From the NCBI GenBank assembly GCA_009694865.1, contig SICD01000001.1, positions 403 to 64,402 of the forward strand: DNA of 64,000 nt. Reading direction: 5' to 3'. Source of the stretch: Candidatus Magasanikiibacteriota bacterium. Its GTDB lineage: Bacteria; Patescibacteriota; Patescibacteriia; Magasanikbacterales; GWA2-37-8. A program made the translations under genes and the position numbers. The notes under the pieces are model-generated. The model ran no database searches, was not told the DNA's origin, and was given only the letters and a program-made list of their open reading frames with translations. Shown here one piece after another: positions 25,693 through 34,896 of this stretch (positions are counted from its first letter, which is position 1; every line of letters starts with the position of its first letter).

Positions 25693-27192
25693 CTATGGCG
25701 ATAGTGTTGTCGTAACTACTGTTATTATGGGCGATGAACTCGCCATAATTTCGCTAGTAGTGGTAGTAAACATATCACTCGTGCTCGTGGCCATAACCGA
25801 AAGTATTGTGGTATCTGGCGAAGACGAAACAACGATGGTAGGAACGGCGACCAGCGGCAAAGCCACTAAAGCCGCTACTGTGGTGGTGGCGTTAAGTGCG
25901 GCCACAACCTGCGAGTCCGGCAACTCATACTCTTCAGTGTCTCCGTTAAAAATAATCCATTGCCCGCCGCGCCAGTGCACTTTATAACTGCCCGATCCAA
26001 TCCAATCGGTTGGTTCGCTGTCAATAATAATAGTTTGTGAATTATACTCGCCGTCAGCGCGCCAGGCGGCAATCACCTCTGGCTCCGCTCGGCCCGAGAG
26101 CCAAAAAATAGTGTTGTCTTTCACCATTGGGGGGAGCGGCAAAAGCTCGGAGGTTTCAATTTTGTACGCGGGAGCCGTGGTGTTGCCCAACTCATCGGCT
26201 GGCGCGTACCACAAACTATACCCATCCGGGGTATGCGCCAAAGCAGTAGTAATACCCGGAGACACCACCACAATGCTAATTTCTTCGGCTTTGAGAAGCG
26301 GCTCTACAGCCTCCGGCACACTATCGGTTGGCGCGGCAATAAGCATCATCCCATCCACATACACCGGCGGCTCTGGCATAGCCCCCGGTACAAACTGGAG
26401 CATTATTTGCACCCGCCCCGGATCAATTGGTTCTGTAATGGGAATTTCAAAATCGCTCTCGGGGTGATCAATGTTAACGGTCGCGAGCGATTGCCAAGCC
26501 ACCCCATCGAGCGAGTATTGTATTAAGAACATCCCGGGTAAACTTTCGGGTACGAGTAGCGCAGTGGAGGCTTCCGCGGTTGAACTAACATTATCACTGG
26601 TGGATGTAACCACTAGGGGTAGTTCAAAAACACTACCAGTAGTAGAATTTGTCTCGGGGATAGTTTCCTCATCCAACGCCATACTCAATTCAAGAGTGGC
26701 GGGTTCCTCGGTCGTGGTGGTTGCGGCGGATGGCGTAATTTCATTAACCGTACTCACTAAAGATTCTTCAGAAACCAACGACCAGGCTAAATGCAAACGC
26801 AAACGCGAAACAAGTATTTGCTCCTCTGCCACACCCCGAAAATCCCCGCAATACAATTGCTGTACTCCTTCCGTGAACACAGCCGCGGTAGTAGTGGAAA
26901 ACAAATCTCGGGGTTCAGTAGTATCTAAAATATTTTGAGCGGCGTGCTGTGGATTTTGAACACTGCCCAAACAGGTGGTAGGGAAAAATACTATTTCTTG
27001 AGCTTGAGAAATAGAAAAAATAACCATTGTTAGCGCAATGCCAAAAAACACGGTGGTGGTTACCAAACCAAACGTCCGTATTTTTACATACGCCCACAGA
27101 CGCTCTGCGATAGTTGCGGACGTTGATAGTGCCCTGTGTCTACGACGCCACACCACAGCGCGAGTGCGTGCCTTCAATTTTTTCGCAGCCAT
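25693..27192 (-). CDS. Type II (N-terminally anchored) membrane protein, 499 aa, with a Thr/Ser-rich extracellular domain. It is the first gene of the surface locus.
   Basis: Basic cytoplasmic N-terminus MAAKKLKARTRAVVWRRRHR, a single TM LVTTTVFFGIALTMVIFSI, then a large ectodomain with T-rich stretches. Confidence 0.55.
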   Translation of the reverse strand: MAAKKLKARTRAVVWRRRHRALSTSATIAERLWAYVKIRTFGLVTTTVFFGIALTMVIFSISQAQEIVFFPTTCLGSVQNPQHAAQNILDTTEPRDLFSTTTAAVFTEGVQQLYCGDFRGVAEEQILVSRLRLHLAWSLVSEESLVSTVNEITPSAATTTTEEPATLELSMALDEETIPETNSTTGSVFELPLVVTSTSDNVSSTAEASTALLVPESLPGMFLIQYSLDGVAWQSLATVNIDHPESDFEIPITEPIDPGRVQIMLQFVPGAMPEPPVYVDGMMLIAAPTDSVPEAVEPLLKAEEISIVVVSPGITTALAHTPDGYSLWYAPADELGNTTAPAYKIETSELLPLPPMVKDNTIFWLSGRAEPEVIAAWRADGEYNSQTIIIDSEPTDWIGSGSYKVHWRGGQWIIFNGDTEEYELPDSQVVAALNATTTVAALVALPLVAVPTIVVSSSPDTTILSVMATSTSDMFTTTTSEIMASSSPIITVVTTTLSP

Positions 27193-27218
27193 ATAAATAA
27201 TTTTTCCTAAAATTTTGT

Positions 27219-28865
27219 TTATATCAAAGGCGTCCCCGTCATCTCTTTGGGCTGTGTAAGCCCCATAAGTTTTAAAACCGTCGGCGCGACATCCGCTAAA
27301 AATCCCACCGGCGGAAGCAAACTCAGATCCCCTTCCGGCGCGTCGCCACCTGGGCCGGCCTGACCGCGAAAATCAGCGCCGATGACGAGCAGGGGAACGG
27401 GATTGGTAGAGTGCTCTTTATCCATTTCACCAGTTTGCAAATTAATCACTTCTTCGGCATTGCCATGATCCGCTGTCATAATAACCACACCGCCAACCGC
27501 CAGTGTATGGCCTACAATATCGCCCAAACATTTATCAATGGTCTCACACGCGGCAATGGTGGCTTTGCGATCGCCGGTGTGGCCAACCATATCGGCATTG
27601 GCATAATTAATAACCACCAAATCAAACTTGCCGCTATCGATGGCTTTAATAGTTTTTTTTGTTACTTCGGACGCTGACATAGCTGGTACTTCGGCGTAAC
27701 TGGCCACATGCGGCGACGACACCAAAGCGCGCTCCTCGCCCGGAAAAGCTTCTTCAATTGTGCCATTCAAAAAAAATGTTACATGCGCGTATTTTTCCGT
27801 TTCCGCCGCGTGAAATTGCTTAAGACCGGCCAAACTAACGGCTTCAGCCAAACAATTACGCGCCACAATGGGCGCATAGGCCACTACCACCGGCAAATCT
27901 TTTTCATACTCCATCATGGTGACAAAAAATAACTTTTTTATGTCGCTGCGTTTAAATTTATCAAACCCGGGGAGTACAAAGGCTTTAGTGAGTTCGCGCG
28001 CGCGGTCGGGACGAAAATTAGCAAAAATAATAGCATCCCCATCAGTCACAGTCGCCACTGGCTTACCTGCCTCGCTCGCCTCGCTGGAGCTATGGCGAAG
28101 CGGGCCGGAGCCTTTGGCGGAGGCTGAATCACCATCCATAATCACGGTCGGCACAAATTCTTCATCATAATTTTTTTTCGCGTAGCTGGCTTTAATCGCC
28201 TCGGCGGGGCTAGTCGCGCTGCGTTCCGCTTTGCCTTCCGCCATTGCTTTGTAAGCCGCTTCAACTCGTTCCCAGCGGTTATCCCTATCCATGGCATAAA
28301 ACCGCCCCGAGAGCGAGGCGATCGCTCCAACTTTCAACTTTTTCAGCTTCGCTTCCAATTCTTTTACAAAACTTTCCCCGGCGCTATAAATACAGTCACG
28401 CCCATCTAAGATAACGTGGACAAAAACCTCTTTGCCTAAACCTTGCTTTTTACACAAATCCAAAAGTGCATAAAGGTGTTCATTGCTAGCGTGCACATTA
28501 CCGGAACTTAACATGGCAATAATATGGAGTTTGCTTTTATTCTTTTCCACGTGGGCAATCGCATCTAGAAAAGCCTTGTTCTTAAAAAATTCACCGCTCG
28601 ATATTTCTTGGTTAATGCGAGGACAGGATTGATAATAAACTCTACCCGCGCCAATATTAAGGTGCCCCACTTCCGAATTACCAATTTCACCAAATAAAAG
28701 ACCCACTTCGTTCCCCGAAGCGTGCAAGGTCATCGCCGGATACTCTTTAATATACGATTTAAAATTGGGCAACTTAGCCTGGGCAATAGCATTGCCATCG
28801 CTATCTGGCGCTACACCCCAACCGTCGCAGATGACAAGGGTAACTGGTTTGTAAGATTTACTCAT
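27219..28865 (-). CDS. gpmI: 2,3-bisphosphoglycerate-independent phosphoglycerate mutase (copy 1, 548 aa)
   Basis: iPGM motifs GNSEVGHLNIGAGRV and TADHGNAEE, with a metalloenzyme core. Confidence 0.85.
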   Translation of the reverse strand: MSKSYKPVTLVICDGWGVAPDSDGNAIAQAKLPNFKSYIKEYPAMTLHASGNEVGLLFGEIGNSEVGHLNIGAGRVYYQSCPRINQEISSGEFFKNKAFLDAIAHVEKNKSKLHIIAMLSSGNVHASNEHLYALLDLCKKQGLGKEVFVHVILDGRDCIYSAGESFVKELEAKLKKLKVGAIASLSGRFYAMDRDNRWERVEAAYKAMAEGKAERSATSPAEAIKASYAKKNYDEEFVPTVIMDGDSASAKGSGPLRHSSSEASEAGKPVATVTDGDAIIFANFRPDRARELTKAFVLPGFDKFKRSDIKKLFFVTMMEYEKDLPVVVAYAPIVARNCLAEAVSLAGLKQFHAAETEKYAHVTFFLNGTIEEAFPGEERALVSSPHVASYAEVPAMSASEVTKKTIKAIDSGKFDLVVINYANADMVGHTGDRKATIAACETIDKCLGDIVGHTLAVGGVVIMTADHGNAEEVINLQTGEMDKEHSTNPVPLLVIGADFRGQAGPGGDAPEGDLSLLPPVGFLADVAPTVLKLMGLTQPKEMTGTPLI

Positions 28866-28883
28866 AAAAAATCAAGATACGAT

Positions 28884-29067
28884 TGTCATTTCGAAGCCCC
28901 CTTCGCAGGGGGTGAGAAATCTCTGGCTCAATCACTTGTCATCCCGAGCGTAGTCGAGGGATCTCGCGTCGTTGGCGAGATTCCTCCACTTCGCTGCGCT
29001 CCGGTCGGAATGACAAACGACGGACAGAGATCCCTCGTCGGCCGCGAGGCCTCGCTCGGGATGACAG
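28884..29067. repeat. Composite or nested MITE family A element (about 185 bp) between the two gpmI paralogs
   Basis: tgtcatttcgaagcccccttcgcagggggtgag...cttgtcatcccgagcg...ggtcggaatgacaaacgacggacagagatccctcgtcgg...cgctcgggatgacag. It looks like two elements, one inside the other. Confidence 0.65.
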
Positions 29068-29070
29068 CAC

Positions 29071-30657
29071 TTACAGCAAGCTTCGTCCTGTCATTTCCTT
29101 CGGTTTCTTAATTCCCATTATTTTTAAAATCGTGGGAGACACGTCCGCCAGTTTGCCTTTTTTAAGGTTTCGAGATTTTAGCTTAAATTGTTTATGTACG
29201 GACGCAGGCGCTATAAACACAAATGGCACGGGATTTACCGAATGCTCCGTATCAACTTCGTCGGTCTTGAGGTTTACCATTTCTTCGGCATTACCATGAT
29301 CGGCGGTTATAACACATTGCCCTCCAGCCTTGAGGACACTCTGTGCCACGCGGTTAAGCTGTTTGTCAAGAATCGCAATCGCCTTTTCGGCGGCCGCAAT
29401 ATTCCCCGTGTGCCCCACCATGTCGGCATTGGCAAAATTAACCGCGATAAAATCATATTCCCGCGCTTCAATTGCTTTCACGGCGTAGGTGGCGATTTTA
29501 TCCGCTTCCATCGCCGGGTCAGTTTCAAAATCTTTCACGCGATCCGAAGCAATTTTTACCCACCGCTCATCGCCAAAATGCTGTTGGTAGCCGCCATTAA
29601 AAAAATAAGTGACGTGCGCGAACTTTTCTGATTCAGCGAGATATAATTGCCGGCGCGGACACAAAGTCTGTACCAAAGTATTAGGAATGTCACGACTCGG
29701 AAACGCTGTGAGTACACGCGGAAAATCCGGACCAAAATCCGCCATCGCCACAAACCGAGTATTTTTCGGCACAATTTTTCGATCAAACGTTCCGCCATTT
29801 TCCTTCTCAAACTGCGGATGCACAAACGCCTTCGTAATCTGCCGCGCCCGGTCACTGCGCAAATTAAAAAAGAAAATCGCGTCGTTACTTTTTATCGTCG
29901 CCACTGGTTTATTATTTTCAACAATCACCATGGGCGTAATAAACTCATCACTTTCACCAGAATTATACGCTTGCGTTAGTGCCTCTTCCGCGCTATTTGC
30001 CTGCTTACCTTTGCCTTCAACCATCGCCCGGTACGCCTTTTGTGTCCGGTGCCAAATTTTATTACGATCCATCCCGTATAACCGCCCCATCACCGTCGCA
30101 ATTTTCTCCGTGCCGTGAAAATGATTTTGTAAATGTTTAAGATGATGCGGCGCGTCGTGTTGACCAGAATCCCGCCCATCGGTAAATAAATGCAAATACA
30201 CTTTTTTAATTCCCTCCTGATGAATTAAACCCAAAAGCGCGAACAGGTGCTCCGGACAGGAATGCGCGCTGTTGTGATTCGAGAGCAATCCCATCAAATG
30301 CACCGCCGTTTTGTATTTTTTTACATGGTGCAGTGCTTCGTGAAACGCATTATTCTTAAAAAACGTACCGTCATTAATCGCATCGGTAATATACAGCGTA
30401 TCTTGTTTTACAACTCGCCCCGCCCCAATATTCAAATGCCCGGCTTCACTATTCCCCTCCTGCCCGCGCGGCAATCCGACGGCGACACCGCTCGCCTCAA
30501 GAAGAGTGTGGGGATATTTTTTCCACCAACCAAAAAAATTCGGCGCCGTTTTGGGCGTAATAGCGTTGCCCTTTTGTTTTGGGTCAGCCATGCCAAAGCC
30601 GTCGAGGATAATGAGGATGGTGATTGGTGATTTTGTAGGCATAATATTTCGTAACAA
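29071..30657 (-). CDS. gpmI: 2,3-bisphosphoglycerate-independent phosphoglycerate mutase (copy 2, a divergent paralog of 528 aa)
   Basis: GNSEAGHLNIGAGRV, ITADHGNAEE. Collinear with copy 1 but clearly diverged. Confidence 0.8.
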   Translation of the reverse strand: MLRNIMPTKSPITILIILDGFGMADPKQKGNAITPKTAPNFFGWWKKYPHTLLEASGVAVGLPRGQEGNSEAGHLNIGAGRVVKQDTLYITDAINDGTFFKNNAFHEALHHVKKYKTAVHLMGLLSNHNSAHSCPEHLFALLGLIHQEGIKKVYLHLFTDGRDSGQHDAPHHLKHLQNHFHGTEKIATVMGRLYGMDRNKIWHRTQKAYRAMVEGKGKQANSAEEALTQAYNSGESDEFITPMVIVENNKPVATIKSNDAIFFFNLRSDRARQITKAFVHPQFEKENGGTFDRKIVPKNTRFVAMADFGPDFPRVLTAFPSRDIPNTLVQTLCPRRQLYLAESEKFAHVTYFFNGGYQQHFGDERWVKIASDRVKDFETDPAMEADKIATYAVKAIEAREYDFIAVNFANADMVGHTGNIAAAEKAIAILDKQLNRVAQSVLKAGGQCVITADHGNAEEMVNLKTDEVDTEHSVNPVPFVFIAPASVHKQFKLKSRNLKKGKLADVSPTILKIMGIKKPKEMTGRSLL

Positions 30658-30731
30658 AGATCATCGGCATCCCCTCCTTACCAAAAAGGGCGAGGGGTGA
30701 TTTGCCGTTGCGCGCGCTGCCGAGTGAGCAC

Positions 30732-31055
30732 CTAAACATTTTGCTTAACAAGAAGCAGCGTTGCTTCATCTAGCTTGCCTTTTGCTTTAATGTTAGCCGC
30801 CGTTTCTGGCGTCACTATGGCTTTAAGCGCCGCTAATAAATCAGGTTTTTTCTTTAAAAATTCTATTTTAGCAATAATTTCATTTCGCTTGTTGCTACCC
30901 ACCCCTAAATCTCTTAGAACCTTTTGCAGCTCCCATATTGTGTCATCCAATGTTTCCTCACTTACCTTATCAGCCGCAGATTTTTCGTCAGCCCATACCC
31001 ACTTATCACCATCTAACACATACTGACCATCACTCCCTCGTTTTACATCGGCCAT
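30732..31055 (-). CDS. Hypothetical protein (about 107 aa)
   Basis: ATG at 31053-31055 (MADVKRGSDGQYVLDGDKWVWADEK...). The ORF-track start at 31082 is a GTG. Confidence 0.35.
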   Translation of the reverse strand: MADVKRGSDGQYVLDGDKWVWADEKSAADKVSEETLDDTIWELQKVLRDLGVGSNKRNEIIAKIEFLKKKPDLLAALKAIVTPETAANIKAKGKLDEATLLLVKQNV

Positions 31056-31145
31056 ATATTTTATTGATAATTTCTTAGGCACAAAATTTTGGCACCCTTG
31101 AATAAATAAAAATAGTTTAATAATTGAACAATCGAACCGTTGAAC

Positions 31146-31202
31146 CGGACAGAGATTCCCCTAAGAGGGATCGCGAGACCTCCTTCTTCGTCGGAATGAC
31201 AG
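31146..31202. repeat. Half copy of MITE family A (3' arm ...cttcgtcggaatgacag), followed by a ccccctcgaggggg hairpin at 31238-31252
   Basis: cggacagagattcccctaagagggatcgcgagacctccttcttcgtcggaatgacag. Confidence 0.5.
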
Positions 31203-31295
31203 TTGGGCGGCGGCGCATGGGCCTTACACCCCCACCGTCCCCCTCGAGGGGGAATTCACGAATTTCGTACTTTCGTAGTTTTCATATTTTGTACA

Positions 31296-32543
31296 TTACA
31301 ATCCTAATTCCGCTTCAATCTCCATCAACCGATTATACTTTTCCACCCGCTCCGAACGCGACATAGAACCAGTTTTAATAAATTCCGCGTTCACCGCCAC
31401 TGCCAAATCCGCAATAAACGTATCGGCGGTCTCCCCGCTCCGGTGCGACACGGCAATTTGATAACCGCTGGTCTGCGCCAAACGAACCGCTTCAATCGTA
31501 TCCGTTAGTGTCCCAATTTGGTTCAGCTTGATGAGAATGGCATTCCCCACATGGCTCTCAATTCCCTTATTCAACCGTTCCACATTCGTCACAAACAAAT
31601 CATCGCCCACCAGCAAAACTTTTTTACCAAGTTCTTGTGTGAGTATTTGCCAATTTTTCCAATCATCTTCCGCTAGCCCATCTTCAATGGAAATCAAAGG
31701 ATATTTTTTAACCCAAGCCGCCATTTGAACAATCATTTTTTCCGCCCGCCAGGCTTGTTTTTTACCTACAAAATAATAATTACCGTGACGATAAAATTCT
31801 GAAGCGGCCACGTCGAGCCCTAAAAAGACATGCTTGCCTGGTGTCCAACCAGCCAATTTTATCGCTTCCATAATCAGTTGCAATCCACGCTCGTTATTCA
31901 AAAGTTCCGGCGCAAACCCGCCCTCGTCACCAACGGACGTAAGGTAGCCTTTTTGACTTAATAAATTCGCCAAAGAATGAAAAATTTGCGAACCCATGCG
32001 CACGCGCTCGCGAAACAATTTATGCCGCGGCATAATTAAAAACTCCTGAATCGTTAGGCCGTTATCCGCGTGCCGCCCGCCGTTTAAAATATTGATCATC
32101 GGCACGGGCAAACGCCATTCTTTATATGGCAATTCAAACGCTTTGCGAATGTAGCGATACAATGATAACTTCGCTTCGGCCGCAAAAGCGCGAGTGGCCG
32201 CGAGCGACACCGCGAGCGTGGCATTGGCCCCCAAACGCGATTTATTTTCCGTCCCATCTAATCTATCTAAAAGTTTATCCAATTCCAAAATACTCGCAAC
32301 CGTCCGATCACTAAAAAATTTAGCAATCGTCGTATTAACATTATTCACGGCTTTCAAAACGCCTTTGCCGCCATAGCGCTTGCCCCCATCACGTAATTCT
32401 AAATCCTCGTGCTCACCCGTGGACGCGCCCGAGGGTACTTTAGCGATACCAACAAAACCAGTGTCGAGCGTAAGCTTGGCCTCCACAGTTGGGTTGCCGC
32501 GCGAATCGAGAATTTCACGAGCGGTAATTTGTTTAATTTTCAT
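31296..32543 (-). CDS. eno: Enolase
   Basis: The start MKIKQITAREILDSRGNPTVEAKL is the canonical enolase N-terminus. The likely ATG is at 32541-32543 rather than the ORF-track 32603. Confidence 0.9.
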   Translation of the reverse strand: MKIKQITAREILDSRGNPTVEAKLTLDTGFVGIAKVPSGASTGEHEDLELRDGGKRYGGKGVLKAVNNVNTTIAKFFSDRTVASILELDKLLDRLDGTENKSRLGANATLAVSLAATRAFAAEAKLSLYRYIRKAFELPYKEWRLPVPMINILNGGRHADNGLTIQEFLIMPRHKLFRERVRMGSQIFHSLANLLSQKGYLTSVGDEGGFAPELLNNERGLQLIMEAIKLAGWTPGKHVFLGLDVAASEFYRHGNYYFVGKKQAWRAEKMIVQMAAWVKKYPLISIEDGLAEDDWKNWQILTQELGKKVLLVGDDLFVTNVERLNKGIESHVGNAILIKLNQIGTLTDTIEAVRLAQTSGYQIAVSHRSGETADTFIADLAVAVNAEFIKTGSMSRSERVEKYNRLMEIEAELGL

Positions 32544-32716
32544 ATGATTTAACGAAATCATGCTGCGCAACCGATTTGACGAAATCGTGTCGCGTAACGT
32601 CATCTGAGACGCGACGAAGCGCGGCCTAATACTTTTAAATAACCTACTTTATATTACCATAACTTGATAGAATAAAAAAGAGGCTCCGCGTTTGCGAAGC
32701 CTCCCTTAAAACAGGT

Positions 32717-33610
32717 TTAATAGGCGTAATATTTCGGCGCAATCTTATAGGTAATATTCACGTTCATAACCACATCTTTACTGCCCGTAGCTACTGCTTC
32801 CGGAGCATTCATCATTGGCCCTCCTCCCATCGCGTCCATTTTAAGCATCGGATACGGCCCGGGGTATTCTGGCCCGCCTTCATATTCGTTATAAGCCACC
32901 ACCTCAACGAGTCTAACACCGAGCTGTCGTGCCAAAGTTTTAGCTTTCATGCCGGCATCCGTTAAGGCTTTATCGCGCGCGGCCACTTTAAGATTGTCCG
33001 GATCATCAATGGTAAAACTAAGCCCGCTCACTTCGGTAGCGCCATACTTGCCCGGAAGCGACAACACAGCTGGAATCTTGGTAAGGTCGCGAATTTTTAT
33101 GGTTACGTTATTGCTGACGCGATAGCCTTTTAACTGCTGCCCCTTATCTTGTGTATAATTATATTCGGGATAAATAGTATAATTCGTTTGCATGTCTTTT
33201 TCAGACACTCCCATTTTCTTCAATTCGGTCATTAGCGCGTCCATAACCTTTTTATTCGCGGCTTGAGCCTTGGCAACGTCGGCATCTACATTGGAGTAGC
33301 CTATCGTCGTAACAGCAATATCATTAGCACCATTCACTTTGCCATAACCGTTCACCGTAATCATGCGTTCAGTTTGGTCGGCAGTGCCAATATAATCAAA
33401 TTTCTTAATACTATTACGAGTTAAAACACCCACGTAAAAAACCAGATACACCAAAAGAACGCCCATCAGCGTCATCATTATTTTTTTACCAAAATGATCG
33501 TGGCGCATTCCACCCCACCCGGTGCCACAGTGTCCGGCGCCATTCACTTCACTCGGACCGGAGGAACTGTTTCCATTTTTTATTGGTTTACCATTTATTC
33601 CTACTGGCAT
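32717..33610 (-). CDS. SIMPL/DUF541-family protein (related to the 26-kDa periplasmic immunogenic protein) with an N-terminal signal-anchor
   Basis: Pattern recall: ...TNYTIYPEYNYT...GYRVSNNVTIKIRDL...LSFTIDDPDNLKVAARDKALTDAGMKAKTLARQLG.... The true start may be an internal Met (MRHDHFGKKIMMTLMG...). Confidence 0.55.
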   Translation of the reverse strand: MPVGINGKPIKNGNSSSGPSEVNGAGHCGTGWGGMRHDHFGKKIMMTLMGVLLVYLVFYVGVLTRNSIKKFDYIGTADQTERMITVNGYGKVNGANDIAVTTIGYSNVDADVAKAQAANKKVMDALMTELKKMGVSEKDMQTNYTIYPEYNYTQDKGQQLKGYRVSNNVTIKIRDLTKIPAVLSLPGKYGATEVSGLSFTIDDPDNLKVAARDKALTDAGMKAKTLARQLGVRLVEVVAYNEYEGGPEYPGPYPMLKMDAMGGGPMMNAPEAVATGSKDVVMNVNITYKIAPKYYAY

Positions 33611-33668
33611 ATTATTCTCCTTTATGAATTACCCCTGCGAGAGAAGTAATTCGCTTAAATAAATATTT

Positions 33669-34859
33669 TTATTTTTTTAAAGCTTCAATCCCTGGCAATT
33701 TCTTACCACCTAAAAATTCTAACATCGCACCGCCACCAGTAGAAACGAGATTTATCTTATTAATTATACCACACTTCTTAAGTATCTCCACACTTTCACC
33801 GCCACCTACGATGCTAAAAGCCTTGGTTTTTCCCAAAAGCTTCATTAAAGCAAAAGTGCCTTTCTCATAAGGACGCACTTCAAACTTACCCATGGCACCA
33901 TTCCACAAAATCGTCCCCGCCTTTTTAAGGTAGGTACTAAACAATTCTACGGTTTGTGGGCCAATATCATACATTCCATGGTCATTGGGAACGGCCATGG
34001 GTGAGAGCGCAGAGAAAACCCTAACGTCACCTCCTTGTGGTGCCCCCACCACGCAATCAACTGGCAAAACTACTTTTTTATTTTTACAATATTTTAAAAT
34101 ATCCGCCTTAAAATCTTTGCCAACGAGCGACTGCCCCACGGTACTTCCTTTGGCCCACCAATAGGTGTTGGCAATTTCGCCGCCCACTAAAATGTAATCG
34201 GCCTTCTGTAGTAGATGGCGTACAATCGGAATTTTTGTTTCCACTTTAGCGCCGCCGAGCAAAACCACCAAAGGCCGTTTTGGTTTTTCCATCGCGCGAG
34301 ACAAAACGCTTACTTCTTCAAAAAGTAACAAACCAGCAAAATGCGGGAGATACTTGGCCACGCCCGTAATCGAGGCCGCGTCGCGGTGCGCGACCGCGAA
34401 ACAATCTGAAACAAAAATATCAGCCAGCGCCGCCAGTGCTTTGGCAACATTCGGGTCATTATCTTCTTCTCCCTTAACAAACCGAATATTTTCGAGCATC
34501 GCCAGTTCGCCGTTTTTTAATTTTTCAATCGCTCGACCGACAATCTTCCAATCTTGTAATCTTCCAATCTTCACAAATGCCACCAACTGCTTCAACAATT
34601 TCTCAAGATGCTCCACAACCGGTTGTAGGCTCAGCTTAGTGTCAACCCCCTTCGGCCTCCCCAAATGACTCACCAAAATAACTTTCGCTCCTTTTTTGAT
34701 AAGATACTGAATTGTTGGTAAAGTTTTTTTAATTTTAAAATCATCTTTCACTTTCCCATTTTCAAGCGGTACATTAAAATCAACCCGCACTAATACTCGT
34801 CTGCCTTTTACATCCTTTATTTCTTTAATTGATCGTATATACATAAAATCTCGGCTCAA
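33669..34859 (-). CDS. pgk: Phosphoglycerate kinase
   Basis: Canonical PGK N-terminus ...RVLVRVDFNVP and C-terminus ...VSTGGGAMLEFLGGKKLPGIEAL. Confidence 0.9.
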   Translation of the reverse strand: MSRDFMYIRSIKEIKDVKGRRVLVRVDFNVPLENGKVKDDFKIKKTLPTIQYLIKKGAKVILVSHLGRPKGVDTKLSLQPVVEHLEKLLKQLVAFVKIGRLQDWKIVGRAIEKLKNGELAMLENIRFVKGEEDNDPNVAKALAALADIFVSDCFAVAHRDAASITGVAKYLPHFAGLLLFEEVSVLSRAMEKPKRPLVVLLGGAKVETKIPIVRHLLQKADYILVGGEIANTYWWAKGSTVGQSLVGKDFKADILKYCKNKKVVLPVDCVVGAPQGGDVRVFSALSPMAVPNDHGMYDIGPQTVELFSTYLKKAGTILWNGAMGKFEVRPYEKGTFALMKLLGKTKAFSIVGGGESVEILKKCGIINKINLVSTGGGAMLEFLGGKKLPGIEALKK

Positions 34860-34896
34860 TTATTAACAATGTAACAATTGAACAATGTAACAATTA

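Noticed and set aside
29188-30630. Plus-strand ORFs 29188..29631, 29609..30118, 29647..29979 and 30247..30630 within the second gpmI
   Set aside because: They are antisense to a well-supported iPGM coding sequence.
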